Below, piece after piece: positions 12,428 to 23,680 of a DNA stretch of 64,000 nt. The notes under the pieces were generated by a model that worked only from the letters and a program-made list of their open reading frames with translations, ran no database searches and was not told the origin of the DNA. Source of the DNA: Octopus sinensis. Lineage: Eukaryota. The stretch is taken from positions 50,406,001-50,470,000 of the forward strand of contig NC_042998.1 in the NCBI RefSeq assembly GCF_006345805.1, read 5' to 3'. Positions within the stretch are counted from its first letter, which is position 1; each line of letters starts with the position of its first letter. Position numbers and translations under genes: made by a program.

Positions 12428-13815
12428 TCTTACTTCAGATACCCCTTTACGAAGGTAACTATATCATATATGTTGCAAAATTTACTAGCAAGGAACAATT
12501 ATATCCGCATGAAGTACAGGCAGGATCATGTTTAATCACATACACATTTGAAATTACTGTGGCAATAGGAATGAATCTATTTGGTTCCTACCTAGTAGTA
12601 TTCACGCAACAGTTCAAAGACCCAAATAGTTGACTAATGTAATATAGCTTGCCACATCAAAATTTACTTTAACGGTAGAATAACAATTCTTGTTCTGACT
12701 GAAACAAGAATAAAAATGCTTTCAATTTGCTTTACAACTTGTGAACACGAAAGAATACTGTCACCCTTTAACTACAGTGTACAAAATTAAGTGTACACGT
12801 AAAATTGTAGTTGTACAAAGCTGTTTGAGGGGAAGAGTTTTAAGAGGTCTCGATTTCATAAAACTGCTATTAATACAACCTGATCTATTAAAGACTCCAT
12901 ATTCTTCACAATGTTTTCCACCAAAGGGTTTTGCGCACAGAAATCAGTAATTACATTGTGTATTCAGAATGAGTTACTTTCCCAATGAAGTAAAACGTAA
13001 AACCATGCCGTGTGACTTTTCATAAACCTAACACAAGTTATCCTTATACATTTCCCTAATATTTTCTGAATATCCGGTATATTGTTGCTTCTAGTATATT
13101 CTGGAAACTTTGCAATATGAAGACAGGTTTCTTATTCTGGTTCTTTCTTTAACTGAAACAAATAAGTTACGTTTTCCTGCTAATTTCGGTTGACTTATTA
13201 AAATATAAAGAAACAATTCGATTTGTCTACTTCCAGAGAAATATACGCTTCACTGTTACAAGACAAGGGAATTATTATTCTGCAGACTATATTAACGAGC
13301 GCGACGTTTTAGCAATTTCTTCTACAACTTCATTACCAAATATTGTTCTAACAATCAAGCGATATGCTGGTAAAAATTACCTACATATAGTATCTGCTTT
13401 CTTTTACTTTGCTATGATTTTTGTTCTAAGAAGCAAGCTGAGCTTTAGAGATTTTCACTATTTTCTTTTGATTCTATGTTTCCTCTGTTTATCTTTCGTT
13501 GATACCCCAGACAGGCTATAGTATGGCCGATTGTATCAAAAGTCGAAACTCACAGTCACATTAGTACAGATATGACTTCAACTATATTAATGTCACTGGT
13601 GTTATTAGTTCTTTTTTTCTCCCGTTGTTTATACGTAGAGGTTCAATCGCCTGTGATCGATTCTTCTCTTTATCTCACTCCTTTCTTTCTGTCTGACCAT
13701 ATTTCTTTCTGAAAGAAATCGGCTGTGTTCGTGTTTAGAGAAAGTTAGGCCCTGCTAGTTCAAGGACAAAACAAGTCATATGTCTTGACGGCGCACCTAC
13801 TACTATGTTCATATG

Positions 13816-13864
<49 letters not shown>

Positions 13865-13867
13865 TAT

Positions 13868-13904
<37 letters not shown>

Positions 13905-13925
13905 TAGATAGATAGATAGATAGAG

Positions 13926-13974
<49 letters not shown>

Positions 13975-14543
13975 TCTTTAGCTGTATATGTGGTGTATGC
14001 ATTATAACATGTTCTTTTTCATAATACATTATTTAATCAATATTTTAGACGTCGGTAAAATATCAACTCTGTCGAAGCTAAGTGAGTTGGAGAGGAAAGA
14101 TAATATGATTGTTAGCTTCGTATTACTGATAAAATATTTGTGCGCACGATTTGAGAGGAAAAGACAATTTGCTGTATGTGCAATAGTGGTAACCTTTTTC
14201 CTTTTTTCTTCTTCTTAGCTTGGTAAGTAAGAGATGCTTAGTTATAATCCTATCAGTAGGGACATTGTTATTCACTTCTCTCAAGTATACAGGTTGTTAA
14301 CACCTTCTCAGTCCTGATGAACCAAACCCATGGCAAAAGGCATTCCAGCTATGACCAAATCTTTTCTTCTCTATTGAGGACTGCATTCTCTATCATATCT
14401 GCCCCTTCTGTCGATTGGTAGCTAGGATGTGAAATTAGGGAGATTTGTTTCCTATTTGTTGCTAGTTGAACTATCGTGTAGCAGTTTCCTCGTTAGGAAA
14501 AGTTTGCTTACAAACATTTACATAATTCATTATTCATGTTCAA

Positions 14544-14905
14544 GTGGTAAGTAGCTTGCTTACCAACCACATGGTTCCGGGTTCAGTCCCACTGCGTGGG
14601 ACCTTGGGCAAGTATCTTCTACTATAGCCTCGGGCAGACCAAAGCCTTGTGAGTGAATTTGGTAGACGGAAACTGAAAGAGGCCCGTCGTATATATGTAT
14701 ATACATAAGTGTGTGTGTGTTTGTGTATCTGTGTTTGTCCCCCAACATCGCATGACAACCGATGCTGGTGTGTTTAAAGAGACCGATAGAATTAAGTACT
14801 AGGCTTACAAAGAATAAGTCCTGGGGTCGATTTGCTCGACAAAAGACGGTGCTCCAGCATGGCCGCAGTCAAATAACTGAAACAAGTAAAAGCGCAAAAA
14901 GAGTT
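14544..14905 (+). mobile_element. SINE family B
   Basis: GGTTCAGTCCCACTGCGTGGGACCTTGGGCAAG ... GGTGCTCCAGCATGGCCGCAGTCAAATAACTGAAACAAG. Confidence 0.9.
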
Positions 14906-14925
14906 AAATATTTGTAATAATGGGT

Positions 14926-15135
14926 TCAAATTATGGCACACGGGAAGTAGTTTTAGGGGAGGGGGCAAATCAATTACATCGACCTCAGTGCACGTTTGGT
15001 ACTTATTTTATCGGTTCGAAAGAATGAAAGGCAAAACTCGGCCTCAGCGGAATTTGAACTCAAAATATAATGACGGTCGAAATGCCGCTAAGCAGTTTCT
15101 CTGGTGTAATAGCGATTATGCCAACGCACCGCCTT
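14926..15135 (-). mobile_element. SINE family A
   Basis: GAAAGGCAAAACTCGGCCTCAGCGGAATTTGAACTC reverse complement of the family head and body. Confidence 0.75.
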
Positions 15136-15165
15136 AATAATAGTAATAATAATAATAATAATGAC

Positions 15166-15206
<41 letters not shown>

Positions 15207-15223
15207 TAATAATAATAATAATG

Positions 15224-15278
<55 letters not shown>
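15135..15278. repeat. (TAA)n microsatellite, host of the RLE retrotransposon
   Basis: Read directly; resumes at 15838-15864. Confidence 0.95.
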
Positions 15279-15835
15279 GCGTAGACACGACAAAGTTGCC
15301 CAAAACACCCACTGGCTACAATGCCGTAAGTATGGATATGAGGTTATGAGTGCTTGGTACCAACAAACACTGGAAAAGGTAATAGACGAAAAGGGGAAGG
15401 CGAAAATCTCTGGGACTTTGATTTCCAGACAGACAAAGGCTGGATATAGTAACCTTTAGGAGGACTCAAACACGAGTGCCTAATAATCGACGTAGCAGTG
15501 CCAGGAGATCAACATATCATCATGAAAGAAAGAGAAAAAGTTGATAAATATGGAGACCTGAGAATTGAGATCGCTAAAATGTGGCAGCTACGACAGTCGA
15601 ACATAAAGGTTATCCCTATTGTCATCAGAGCATTAGGTTCAATGCCAGCCACCTTAGAGATAACCTACAATCAATTTAGATGTATTGCGAAAGTCGGAAT
15701 TACTTGGAACTGCACGCATATTGCGTAATGTAGTCTGTCTAAGGTCCTTGTTGTGACTTGACAAACATTACAAACCCCCGGAAGATACAATATCTTTAAT
15801 CAACAACCTCACGATATTGTATACTCTGCGGCGTC
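15279..15835 (+). mobile_element. 5'-truncated R4/Dong-type non-LTR retrotransposon (restriction-like endonuclease domain)
   Basis: Translations RHDKVAQNTHWLQCRKYG, LWDFDFQTDK, CLIIDVAVPGD...KY and LRKSELLGTARILR match the RLE C-terminus; flanked on both sides by (TAA)n. Confidence 0.85.
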
Positions 15836-15866
<31 letters not shown>

Positions 15867-15895
15867 TCTAGCTGGACCCGTGAAAAATTCGCGGA
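15867..15895 (-). mobile_element. Helitron 3'-end fragment
   Basis: Minus strand CCGCGAATTTTTCACGGG hairpin followed by TCCAGCTAG. Confidence 0.45.
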
Positions 15896-15959
15896 AAACA
15901 TAAAAAATGTAAGCATCTGTAAACAGTGTACTGGTGCCATGAGAAATATTTGTATATTA

Positions 15960-16105
15960 TGACCGCCTGCCTTTACGTTCTAAGTTCAAATTATGCCGAA
16001 GTCGACTTTGCTTTTCGTCCTATGGAGCTCGATAAAATCAACTATGGGGTCGATCTAATCAACTATCCCCCTCCTCACAAAAAGTTTAGGCCTAGAAAAG
16101 TTTAT
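15960..16105 (+). mobile_element. SINE family A, degraded
   Basis: GTTCTAAGTTCAAATTATGCCGAAGTCGACTTTGC...GGGGTCGATCTAATC. Confidence 0.7.
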
Positions 16106-16239
16106 TATGACAGTTACAGAATATAGAAAGTAATGTAACACCAATGACTATATAATCCAACCAAAATATTTCGGTTACACAAACGTAAACGGAATTACTA
16201 TTTAACCTTTTCATCGTTCTCAACCCAATCAAGGAGATC

Positions 16240-16783
16240 TTGTCGTTTTGGTCAGCTGAAAGCAGTTTTGGCACAAACTTTGTAGACACGCGTCTCATAC
16301 CTAAATCTTCAGTGATAATGGACTGCACATCCTCTGATAACTCACGGATGGTGATTTGACGATTTCCCCTCACAGCTGCACGCACATTTGCAATGTTTTT
16401 CTCAGTTCTGCTGGTTTCGGGTCTCCCAGAACGTTCGTTAATATTGACATTTTTTCGGCCATCTTGTAAACGTCGGAAACACTTGTACACTTCTGTTCGA
16501 CTCATACTCTATTCCATAGACTTTCTGCAATTTTATGTAGGATTCTGAGCAAGTATCGCCATGACAACTTTCTCTGTCATGGCCAATGCGACTATCACAT
16601 GCTACAACACTTCCTACCAAGCACTGCTGTAAACGCTGTAAACGGCGGAAGTGAGCTAGAACGTTAATATTTAGTGCGCATGCACAGCAGAGTTCAAGAT
16701 GAATCTGTCCCAAGCGGCTTCACTCTGCGTGCTTTAGCTTTACTACAATGGCAACAGTCTGGATACTTATTCATCAGACCTCG
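16240..16783 (-). mobile_element. Mariner transposon 5' half (TIR plus HTH region), 3'-truncated
   Basis: TA|CGAGGTCTGATGAATAAGTATCC TIR; translation MSRTEVYKCFRR...RSGRP...ITIREL...VPKLLSADQ. Confidence 0.85.
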
Positions 16784-16796
16784 TATATATATATAT

Positions 16797-17046
16797 CACA
16801 CTTGGATAACTTGGATCGGCTAGGCGGTCTGGTGCTGAGTCGGTACTGCTGGCCGGCCGCAGCGTTCGGTCTATTTCCATCGTGCACTCCTCCTCGTTGT
16901 TCCAAATATTTTTCTTAAATCATCTTCCTACCTGATCGTAGGTTTTTCATGTGGTCTCTACCGCTCGTGCAGGTACCACTCGACAGCTGCACGGGTTCAA
17001 CGATTACCTCTGAACCTTGCAACATGACCGGCCTATCGTAGCTTTG
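16797..17046 (-). mobile_element. RTE-type LINE 3' end
   Basis: KLR*AGHVAR...R*T...EWY...RP..KP..R*EDDL matches RTE KLRWAGHVAR...RPRGRP..RW.DD; ATCCAAGT tandem tail. Confidence 0.8.
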
Positions 17047-17109
17047 CGTGGGTTTAGTAGATGGCAACTAAAAGAAGCCCGTCTTGTATATATATATATA
17101 TCGCATTGA

Positions 17110-17283
17110 TAGATCGGTAGCCACTACACACATTTTTTTCTCTCCTTGTTTCTTTCTGTGTTCCTTTCTGTGGAAGAGCGTAGGTTCGAAACGTTAAAGA
17201 CTTTTTTCAATTCCCGAGATAATACATCTGTTTGTTTTCTACACCACCTGTCTTTGTCTTTTGTTGTTTTCGTGAATTCTCCC

Positions 17284-17286
<3 letters not shown>
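17110..17286 (+). mobile_element. Penelope-like terminal-repeat (pLTR) remnant with variant minimal HHR
   Basis: Reverse complement of 50733-50915; contains CTTT-CTGTGGA-A-GAGC(GTAG)GTTC-GAA-ACGT-T-AAAG. Confidence 0.6.
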
Positions 17287-17319
<33 letters not shown>

Positions 17320-17324
17320 ATATA

Positions 17325-17490
17325 TATGATGGACTTCTTTCAGTTCCCGTCTACCAAATCCACTCACAAGTCTTTGGTCGGCCCGTGGCTATAGTAGAAG
17401 ACAATTGCCTTAGGTGCCACGCAGTGAGACTGAACCCAAGACCGTATGGTTAGGAAGCAAACTTCTTACCACACTGCCACTCCTGCGCTT
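17325..17490 (-). mobile_element. SINE family B 5' half
   Basis: TTTCAGTTCCCGTCTACCAAATCCACTCACAAG...GGTGCCACGCAGTGAGACTGAACC. Confidence 0.85.
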
Positions 17491-17511
17491 AATATATATA
17501 AACATATATAT

Positions 17512-17543
<32 letters not shown>

Positions 17544-18198
17544 CATATATGTTTACGCAGAGATGCATTTATAATGTTTATACCGGTTAAACGTGCACGC
17601 GTTTAAACCATTGAAAAAAGATTCTACAATGAATTTAAGCAACATATGTAATTATTTCTTTTACTATCTACACGTTTCACACGAACACTCGAGTTGTCAT
17701 CTTCAGTATCTCCAGCATCACCGGTAGCATTTACTAGCATCAGAATCATTATCAAAAACCATTCTCTCTACCAGCAGCACTAACATCACCACAACCAGGA
17801 CAAACACCAACAGCATTATAAGCGTCACACGCTGAAAAAGATCTTCGAGAAGCCAAAAGAAAACAACTACATTGATCTTAGAAACCAGCGGAGAAATTTA
17901 CGAAGCTTTTATCAGGTCAATTACTCTTGCTGTTTCGTTCAAAACTGCCAGCAGAACTCATCAAGCGTTTCTTTAGATTTATTGTTACTGTTGCTAACTA
18001 TTCGTGTTATTGTTATTGCTGTTGCTGTTTAGTTGTCGTTGTATTCGTCACCGTCGCCGTCGCCCTCGTCTTCGTGATTGTTGCTGTTTTTGTTGTTGTT
18101 CTCTTCATAAATATTGTTATTCTTACTGTTACAGTTTTTGGAGTTATGCACACTTTTCATTGATGTAGTTTTTATTGTTGTTTATATATTTTTTCGTC

Positions 18199-18234
<36 letters not shown>

Positions 18235-18379
18235 AGTATATATATATATATTATATATATAATATATAATATATATATATAATATTATATATATATATAT
18301 ATATGTATATGTTATATATATATATATATATATGATATATATATATATAATATACATATATGTATATATATAGTGTGTT

Positions 18380-18411
<32 letters not shown>

Positions 18412-18644
18412 ATATATATATAAATTATACATGTGCATCAGCATGGCCGCAGCTCTGAGCTAAAACCTGAGAAAATATATATATATATATACATACACAC
18501 ACACACACATAGTTTTTCTTTCCTCCTCGTCTTTAATTCTAACTCATTTCATTAGTGTTTCGATGTTTCTGTAACCGAATTGGAATCACATGATAATGTG
18601 TTTCTTTTTCATCTTTGTTTTTTTTCAAATGAACATTTTTGTGA

Positions 18645-19330
18645 TCATATTGGTGGTGGTGGTGGTGATGGTTGTGGTGGCAGTGGTGGTGTCGGTGGCT
18701 GTGATGATGGTGGTGAAGGTAGTGGTAAGGGTATTGTTGTTTTTGTTGCTGGTGGTGGTGGTGGTCATGGTGGTGGTAATGATGGTGGTGGTGGTGATTG
18801 TGGTGGTAGTGGTGATGGTGGTGGTGATGGTGGTGGTGGTGGTGGTGATGATGATGATGATGATGATGATGTTAATGAAGGTTTTAGTACAGCTGCTGCT
18901 GATAGTGTTGTTGTAATTGTTGTCGGCGGTGGTGGTGATGGTGGTGGTGTTTTTGGTGGTGATGGCGGTAGTGATGGTGATGGTGGTGATAATGGCCTTG
19001 ATGGTGATGGTGATTGTGATAGTGATGGTGCGGCTGCTACTGGTTTTGACAATGACGACGGTGCTGATGATGATGAAAGTGATGCTGCGGCTGGAAGAGG
19101 TTTTGACAATGACGACGACGGTGTCGATGATGATGATGATGATGAGGAGGAGGAGGAGGAGGAGGAGGAGGAGGATGACGATGATGACGACGACGATGAC
19201 GACGATGATGATGATGATGGAAGAGGTGATGGTGGTGGTGGCGATAGTGGTGCTGGTGAAAGCAGCGGTAATGGTGATGGTATCGATAATGACGATGCTA
19301 TTGGCGGTAATAACGACGAAGGTGTTGATG
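18645..19330. repeat. Compound trinucleotide low-complexity tract (GGT/GAT/GAC/GAG)
   Basis: Read directly; produces stop-free frames on both strands. Confidence 0.9.
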
Positions 19331-19664
19331 ATCAAAGAGGATTAAACCTATTCCAAAATGAAAGGAAGCTAAACGCTTCCTCTAGATGCTATTGCACGTA
19401 GAATCTGTTGCTATGACATTCCATTTGATATTACGTCATTTCATGGACTCACAAATAATAAAATATATTGCATAACATTTCTCTCATCATATCCAATGCT
19501 TCGAACAAAAGGAGTTGATTTGCCAAACTGTGTATTCTAGAGTCACAGAAGCATGTTCATTCTGATCAGAGAAATGCGTGCGTATTCTGGCTCGAAAACC
19601 GCTGCGCATGACCCTCGTGGTAAAAGTATAAAAGTATATTATTTATTCTACGACAACCATCTTT

Positions 19665-19874
19665 TATCTTTCATCATTTCCTTGTTTCAGTCATTAATCT
19701 GCGGTCATACCATGCACCGCCTTGAAGAATTTATAGTCGAATGTACCGACTACAGTATGTGTTTTTTTTTGTATCTGGTACTTATTCTAACGACCTCTAT
19801 TGCCGAAACACTAAGTTATTGGGACGTAAACACACCAACACCGACTTTCAAGCGGTGGAGGCGGCGAACAAACG

Positions 19875-19912
<38 letters not shown>

Positions 19913-20075
19913 CGACGGGCATCTTTCAGTTTTCCCTCAACGAAATCCACTCACATGGCTCTAGTCGGCTCGACGCAGTAGTAGAAGACACTTGCCCAAG
20001 GTACCACGCAGTTTGACTGAACCTGGAATCATGTGATTGGGATACAAGCTTCTTGCCACACAGCGACACGACTGC
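19665..20075 (-). mobile_element. SINE family B
   Basis: Tail CTTGTTTCAGTCATT and head AGAAGACACTTGCCCAAGGTACCACGCAG on the reverse strand. Confidence 0.85.
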
Positions 20076-20421
20076 CCAATGTTCGTTGAGAGAAACTTAA
20101 TCGATGGGATATTTGAGTGTGTGTGTGTGTGTAGCTGTGCATTCAAAAGCCTGAAGACACCGTTCAATTTCTTGCGGATCAATGTATGTGCGGTTTAACT
20201 CGACGACTTGACCCTTGAATGCATTTAACTGAGTCTTAGACTGCTGCAAGGATTCGAGCCAACCCTTTCCCGGCTCCTCCCGCCAGTCATTCAAGCCACG
20301 AGAAAGGTCATGTTCCTTACTTTTCCTTTTGTAACGAAACTATTACAAACATTTTTCTAAAAATTACATGGCTTTTGTATTTTGTTTGTTTCACTCATAG
20401 AACTGCTGCCATGCGTCCTGC

Positions 20422-20707
20422 CAAGTGGTTAGAGCAGTGGACTCGAGGTCGAGGGATCGCGGGTTCGAATCTCAGACCGGGCGATGTGTGTGTTTATGAG
20501 CGAAACACCTAAGCTCCACGCGGCTCCGGCAGAAGGTAATGGCGAACTTCTGCTGACTCTTTCGCCACAACTTTCTCTCTCTCTTTCCTCCTGCATCTTG
20601 CAGCTCACCTGCGACGGACCGGTGTCCCGTCTAGGTGGGGAACCTATACGCCAAGGAAACCGGGAAACCGGCCCTTATGAGCCAGGCATGGCTCGAGAAG
20701 GAACAAA
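20422..20707 (+). mobile_element. SINE family C with 12-bp target-site duplication
   Basis: CATGCGTCCTGC at 20410-20421 and 20708-20719; tRNA-like head AGTGGTTAGAGC...GGTTCGAATC. Confidence 0.9.
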
Positions 20708-21570
20708 CATGCGTCCTGCAACTGTGGTGGATTTGAGAAGTAGTGATTTCTGTCTCTTTGCACATCATCAGTAGCAAGCCTCCCTTATCAACTGCATGCT
20801 TAAATAAATTTAGCCTCTACTGACGAACACTACAGTTTTAGAGCTTTTCATATTACATCCACATTAAGTAAGGTATACAGAATGTTACATTTCAAAGCGT
20901 TTATACTTCTTAAAATTTTCAGCAATTTAAAAGAACGGCGGTTAAAGAGTTATATTTCTTTAAACTTTAGTTTTAAAATGTCATTCAAAAGCCTCACCTC
21001 TACATGTTTTGCTCGACAAACAAAAGGAACAGTCAAAATTCTCTCCCATTTTCTTTTTCTCACTCTTTTTCACTTTCTCTTTCTTTCCTTCCTTCCTTCC
21101 CTGACTTTCTTTTTCTCTCCTTCTATCCTCCTCTCTCCCTCTCTCTCTCTCTCTCTTTCTCTCTCAGTTTACAACTTATTGTCTTAAAAGAGTAAAATAT
21201 ATTGTGTTATGTAGTTCCAGATACATGGTGTCAGAGAATAAGAGAGGATAGCCACAGCTTGTACAACTTTGAGCATACATCTATTTAAACAGGAATGATC
21301 CGGGCTAAAGATTAAAGACAACAATAGCACCAGCACCAAAAATAATAAGAGCAGCAACAGCAGCAGCAGCCGTCCAAGAATTTGGACCTGGAGATCTCCA
21401 TTTCCAGCGACTTCACGGGCCAACTCCCAGTGGCCCAGTGGTGTCGGGCGTCAACGAAGAACCCTCGACTACAACAAGACGACCAAAGATTTTTTTTTTT
21501 CCAAGGTCTGGGGTCTCCCGCCCCTAAGCCCTAGACCATCACCTGATCACCTTTACCCGTCTTGTTGCTG

Positions 21571-21610
<40 letters not shown>

Positions 21611-21624
21611 GCAGCAGCAGCAGC
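21571..21624. repeat. (CAA)n(CAG)n microsatellite
   Basis: Read directly. Confidence 0.95.
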
Positions 21625-22249
21625 TAAATCTTGCTTCCTCTTGCTCGAAGACACCATAGATATCGTAACACTCCATAAATATCGTTTCGTTCCTGTTCAG
21701 TTCAATTTATTTTAATTTTAAAAAACACATTGAAAAGCATTCAAGGAACAAAAAAAAAACCTCAAAAACAAAAACAAAACAACACAAACCATTTTAACAA
21801 TTAATAAATATCAAATGACTATGATAACATGTCATAATGCGTATAGAATACAATGCATTAACATTGCCATAATCAAATTAATGATATGGTTTATTTTAAA
21901 ATGAAAATCTATACGTCCAACAAGAAATAATAAATAAATATTATAATACAGGCCAAAAACATGTTTTAGTATTACGTATAAATCATGTTTAAACCGATTC
22001 GATCAGTTTCTTTAAGCTCATTGATAATCCAATAATATAAATGTTATGGAGAAAGTTGATGGAATCGATAAAGTCTGAGACAAGTCTTTTATTTTTTCTT
22101 AGGATTTTTTTCTCTTTTTTTTTTTGTCTTTTCATGCAATGCATTCATGAAAAATAACATATTTGGACATTTGAACTATTGGCTAATCAATGGTTCACTG
22201 CAGTGAAAATGGCTGGCAGTATTTGAAAAAATTATATGCCATCCACAAT

Positions 22250-22280
22250 TAACAACAACAAAGACAACAACAGCAATAAC

Positions 22281-22339
<59 letters not shown>

Positions 22340-22352
22340 TAATAATAATGAT
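22250..22352. repeat. (CAA)/(TAA)n microsatellite
   Basis: Read directly. Confidence 0.95.
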
Positions 22353-22874
22353 AAATTGGATTGCAGAATATGGCAGTTTTTATATGTTGATAGTGAAGTG
22401 CAGAAATCTCTTAAACAATGAAGAGGCGTGTGCAAGCGTGAAATGACCAGGCCTTCCATAACGATGCATTTTTATGTAGCAGGGCCTAAATATCCATTAT
22501 TCCCGAATGGCTATAGTTTGCGCGTAGCTTGTTGTGCACTCTCGTTATTGTTATTATGTGCATTTTGTGATGTACTATTGTGCTGTTGCAGCTAACGACT
22601 TGTGTTGACAGTCGTAAGTTTTTGACAGAAGTAACTCCATCAACTTCAATGATCCTTGAAAACACAAGTTTAGTTTGAAATAATCTGCTTGACTAAGATA
22701 TGTAAGCGCTCTATCAGGAGGAATCAAATTTGTGTATATGTAGCGAATGACATTTATATATGAAAATTTTTTTTGCTGTTTCGAAAATGCCTCTTAGTAG
22801 GAGAAGTTATACAGAAACCTAGCGTATTAAATGTGACTCACAAAGAAAAGGGGAGATAATTTCAAGAAATTGGT

Positions 22875-23085
22875 TTCAATGTTCGGGACAAGGCCAGAAT
22901 TTCAGGGCAAGAGGTAAGTCGATTGCATCAACCCCAGTACTCAACTGGTACCTGTTTTATTGAACCCAAAAGAATGAAAAGTAAAGTCGACCCTGACAGA
23001 ATTTGAACTCAGAAATATAAAGACGGACAAAATGTCGTTAAGTATTTTGCCCGGTGTGCAAACGGCTCTGCCAGCTCGCCGCTTT
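22875..23085 (-). mobile_element. SINE family A
   Basis: AAAGTCGACC...GAATTTGAACTCAGAA...CTGCCAGCTCGCCGC. Confidence 0.8.
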
Positions 23086-23334
23086 ATAATTTCAAAATTA
23101 TACCTAATCATACCTAAAATATAACTGATATTCGTACTTAAGAAAAATTCTGTTTGTTGCCCAATGGCAATAATGAATATGCAACGGCCTCATTCGGCCT
23201 TATCCGCGAAGTACAATCTACACAAACCCGTCTGATAAGCAGAGAGAAATTTGCATATAGAAAAGGCGCGATCGGAATATTTTATCCAGCAGTAACCTGC
23301 ATAATAGTGGCTTCAAATTTTGGCACAAAGGTGT

Positions 23335-23680
23335 TAGTCGAACGAAACGACCCCAGAACGTTTTTTTTAGGCCTGGTACTTATTCTATCGACCAATGTTG
23401 CCGAACCGTTATATTAAGGGAACGTAAACAAACAGACCCCAGTTGTCAAGCGGTAGTGGAGAGCAAACACAAGCATGATGATTCTTACACACACACACAT
23501 ACACACATTTGTGTGTGTGTGTGTGTATACGACAGGCTTACTTTGGTTTCTGTCTACCAAATCCACTCACAATGGCTTGGTTGGCCCGGAACTATACTAG
23601 AAAACACTTTCTGAAAATGATACACAGTACCACTGAAGCCGGAACCGCGTGGTTTGGAAGCAGACATTTCCTACACGTGC
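23335..23680 (-). mobile_element. SINE family B, degraded
   Basis: GTACTTATTCTATCGACC...GTTGTCAAGCG...TCTACCAAATCCACTCACAA. Confidence 0.75.

Noticed and set aside
17655-17712. Minus-strand CTGAAGA...GAAACGT motif
   Set aside because: Stem II does not close and the cleavage triplet ends in G; probably a dead PLE remnant
18580-19401. 273-aa Gly/Asp-rich ORF and overlapping ORFs
   Set aside because: GGT/GAT/GAC repeats lack stops in several frames on both strands; no complex sequence or splice signals
20422-20500. tRNA-like A/B boxes, here and in other SINE heads
   Set aside because: They continue into SINE bodies with TSDs and have no complete cloverleaf, so they are not tRNA genes
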